From positions 1,849 through 65,848 of the forward strand of contig DATNNZ010000462.1 in the NCBI GenBank assembly GCA_035601575.1: 64,000 nucleotides of DNA. The letters are read 5' to 3'. The notes under the pieces are model-generated. The model saw only the letters and a program-made list of their open reading frames with translations, was not told the DNA's origin and did not search any database. The stretch is from Chthoniobacterales bacterium (GTDB taxonomy: Bacteria; Verrucomicrobiota; Verrucomicrobiia; Chthoniobacterales; JAFAMB01). A program made the translations under genes and the position numbers. Of this stretch, positions 63,361 through 64,000 are shown piece after piece; positions within the stretch are counted from its first letter, which is position 1; each line of letters opens with the position of its first letter.

Positions 63361-64000
63361 CTAACCATTCTGCGCCAGGAACGATTCCACCTCTTCCCTT
63401 GTTGGATTAGCTTCAGCCGCACCGTATCGCGTTGCGACGATTGCAGCGGCAGCATTGGCGAATCGAGCGATCGGTTCGAGCTGGGCCGGCCCGAGACCGG
63501 CGATTTCTTTCGGCGTTTTACCTGCCAGCTTGGCTAGTGTGGCCGCCATGAAACTGTCTCCGCACCCGGTGGTCTCAACCACTTTCACGGAAAAACCGGG
63601 GACGCTAACCAAACGTTCGCTATCCCGATAAATCTCGGCTCCCTGACTGCCAAGAGTGATTATTACCAAAGCGCCAGCAGAAACTCGAAGCGCCCGGATC
63701 GCTCGACCCGGGTCGTCAATACCGGTAAGGTAGGAAAGCTCTTCGTCACTTAGTTTCAAAACGTTGACCTTTTCGGCCAAACGCCGAATCCGATTGAGAT
63801 AAGTTTCCTCATCCGCAATCAGCGATTTACGAATGGTTGGATCGAGCGAGACCGGTACCCCTAGCTCCATAAAACGGTCGACGATCGAGCTATAGGCCGA
63901 CGCGCTCGGTTCTTCCGCCAGCACGATTCCGCCGCAATGATACAGGGAGAATTTTCTTGGATCGAAAGGTTTGAGTTCAGCTGTGTGCAATGAAATGTCC
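63361..64000 (-). CDS. PfkB-family sugar kinase (fructokinase-like), N-terminus beyond the window end
   Basis: ..VSLDPTIRKSL.., ..TTGCGDSFMAA..; frame stays open to position 64000. Confidence 0.75.
   Translation of the reverse strand, partial: DISLHTAELKPFDPRKFSLYHCGGIVLAEEPSASAYSSIVDRFMELGVPVSLDPTIRKSLIADEETYLNRIRRLAEKVNVLKLSDEELSYLTGIDDPGRAIRALRVSAGALVIITLGSQGAEIYRDSERLVSVPGFSVKVVETTGCGDSFMAATLAKLAGKTPKEIAGLGPAQLEPIARFANAAAAIVATRYGAAEANPTREEVESFLAQNG

Overview
This is a gene-dense 64-kb chromosomal segment with about 63 protein genes on both strands and a GC content in the mid-50s % by eye. It reads as mostly core or housekeeping DNA of a non-model Gram-negative, soil-type bacterium. The gene families present (TIGR03118, DUF2147, DUF4112, LarBC) and the style of the intergenic repeats fit a Verrucomicrobia/PVC-like lineage, but that taxon call is inference only.

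Recognisable genes:
- Translation, replication and repair: efp, recJ, recG, fpg, leuS, rdgB, typA, yebC, rho.
- Metabolism: kdsD, hisF, glutamate dehydrogenase, Fe-ADH, an aldo/keto reductase, larC-larB, accB-accC-thiE, folP, a PHP histidinol phosphatase, a fused 5-oxoprolinase.
- Envelope and stress: htrA, bcp, an ABC-2 exporter.
- Also transporters, LysR and TetR regulators, and about a dozen small secreted or membrane hypotheticals.

I saw no rRNA, tRNA, CRISPR array, transposase, integrase, phage gene or recognisable defence gene. I did not find a convincing new multi-gene system.

What ordinary annotation does not explain:
1. A dense population of intergenic micro-repeats (period 7, sometimes 9) coupled to short GC hairpins. 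They sit on or within a few nt of many stop codons and sometimes supply C-terminal codons.
2. Longer MITE/REP-like palindromic elements: 657..934 plus 49224..49305, the CACGCCAAGACGCAAAG family including 43236..43517, and an ~85-nt element bracketing an SDR gene.
3. Two tiny secreted His/Tyr/Gly-rich proteins.
4. A FucI-like isomerase / class II aldolase / PfkB kinase cluster at the right edge.
5. A decayed methyltransferase gene invisible to the ORF track, and a frameshifted membrane gene.

All function calls come from motif recognition by eye. No searches were run.
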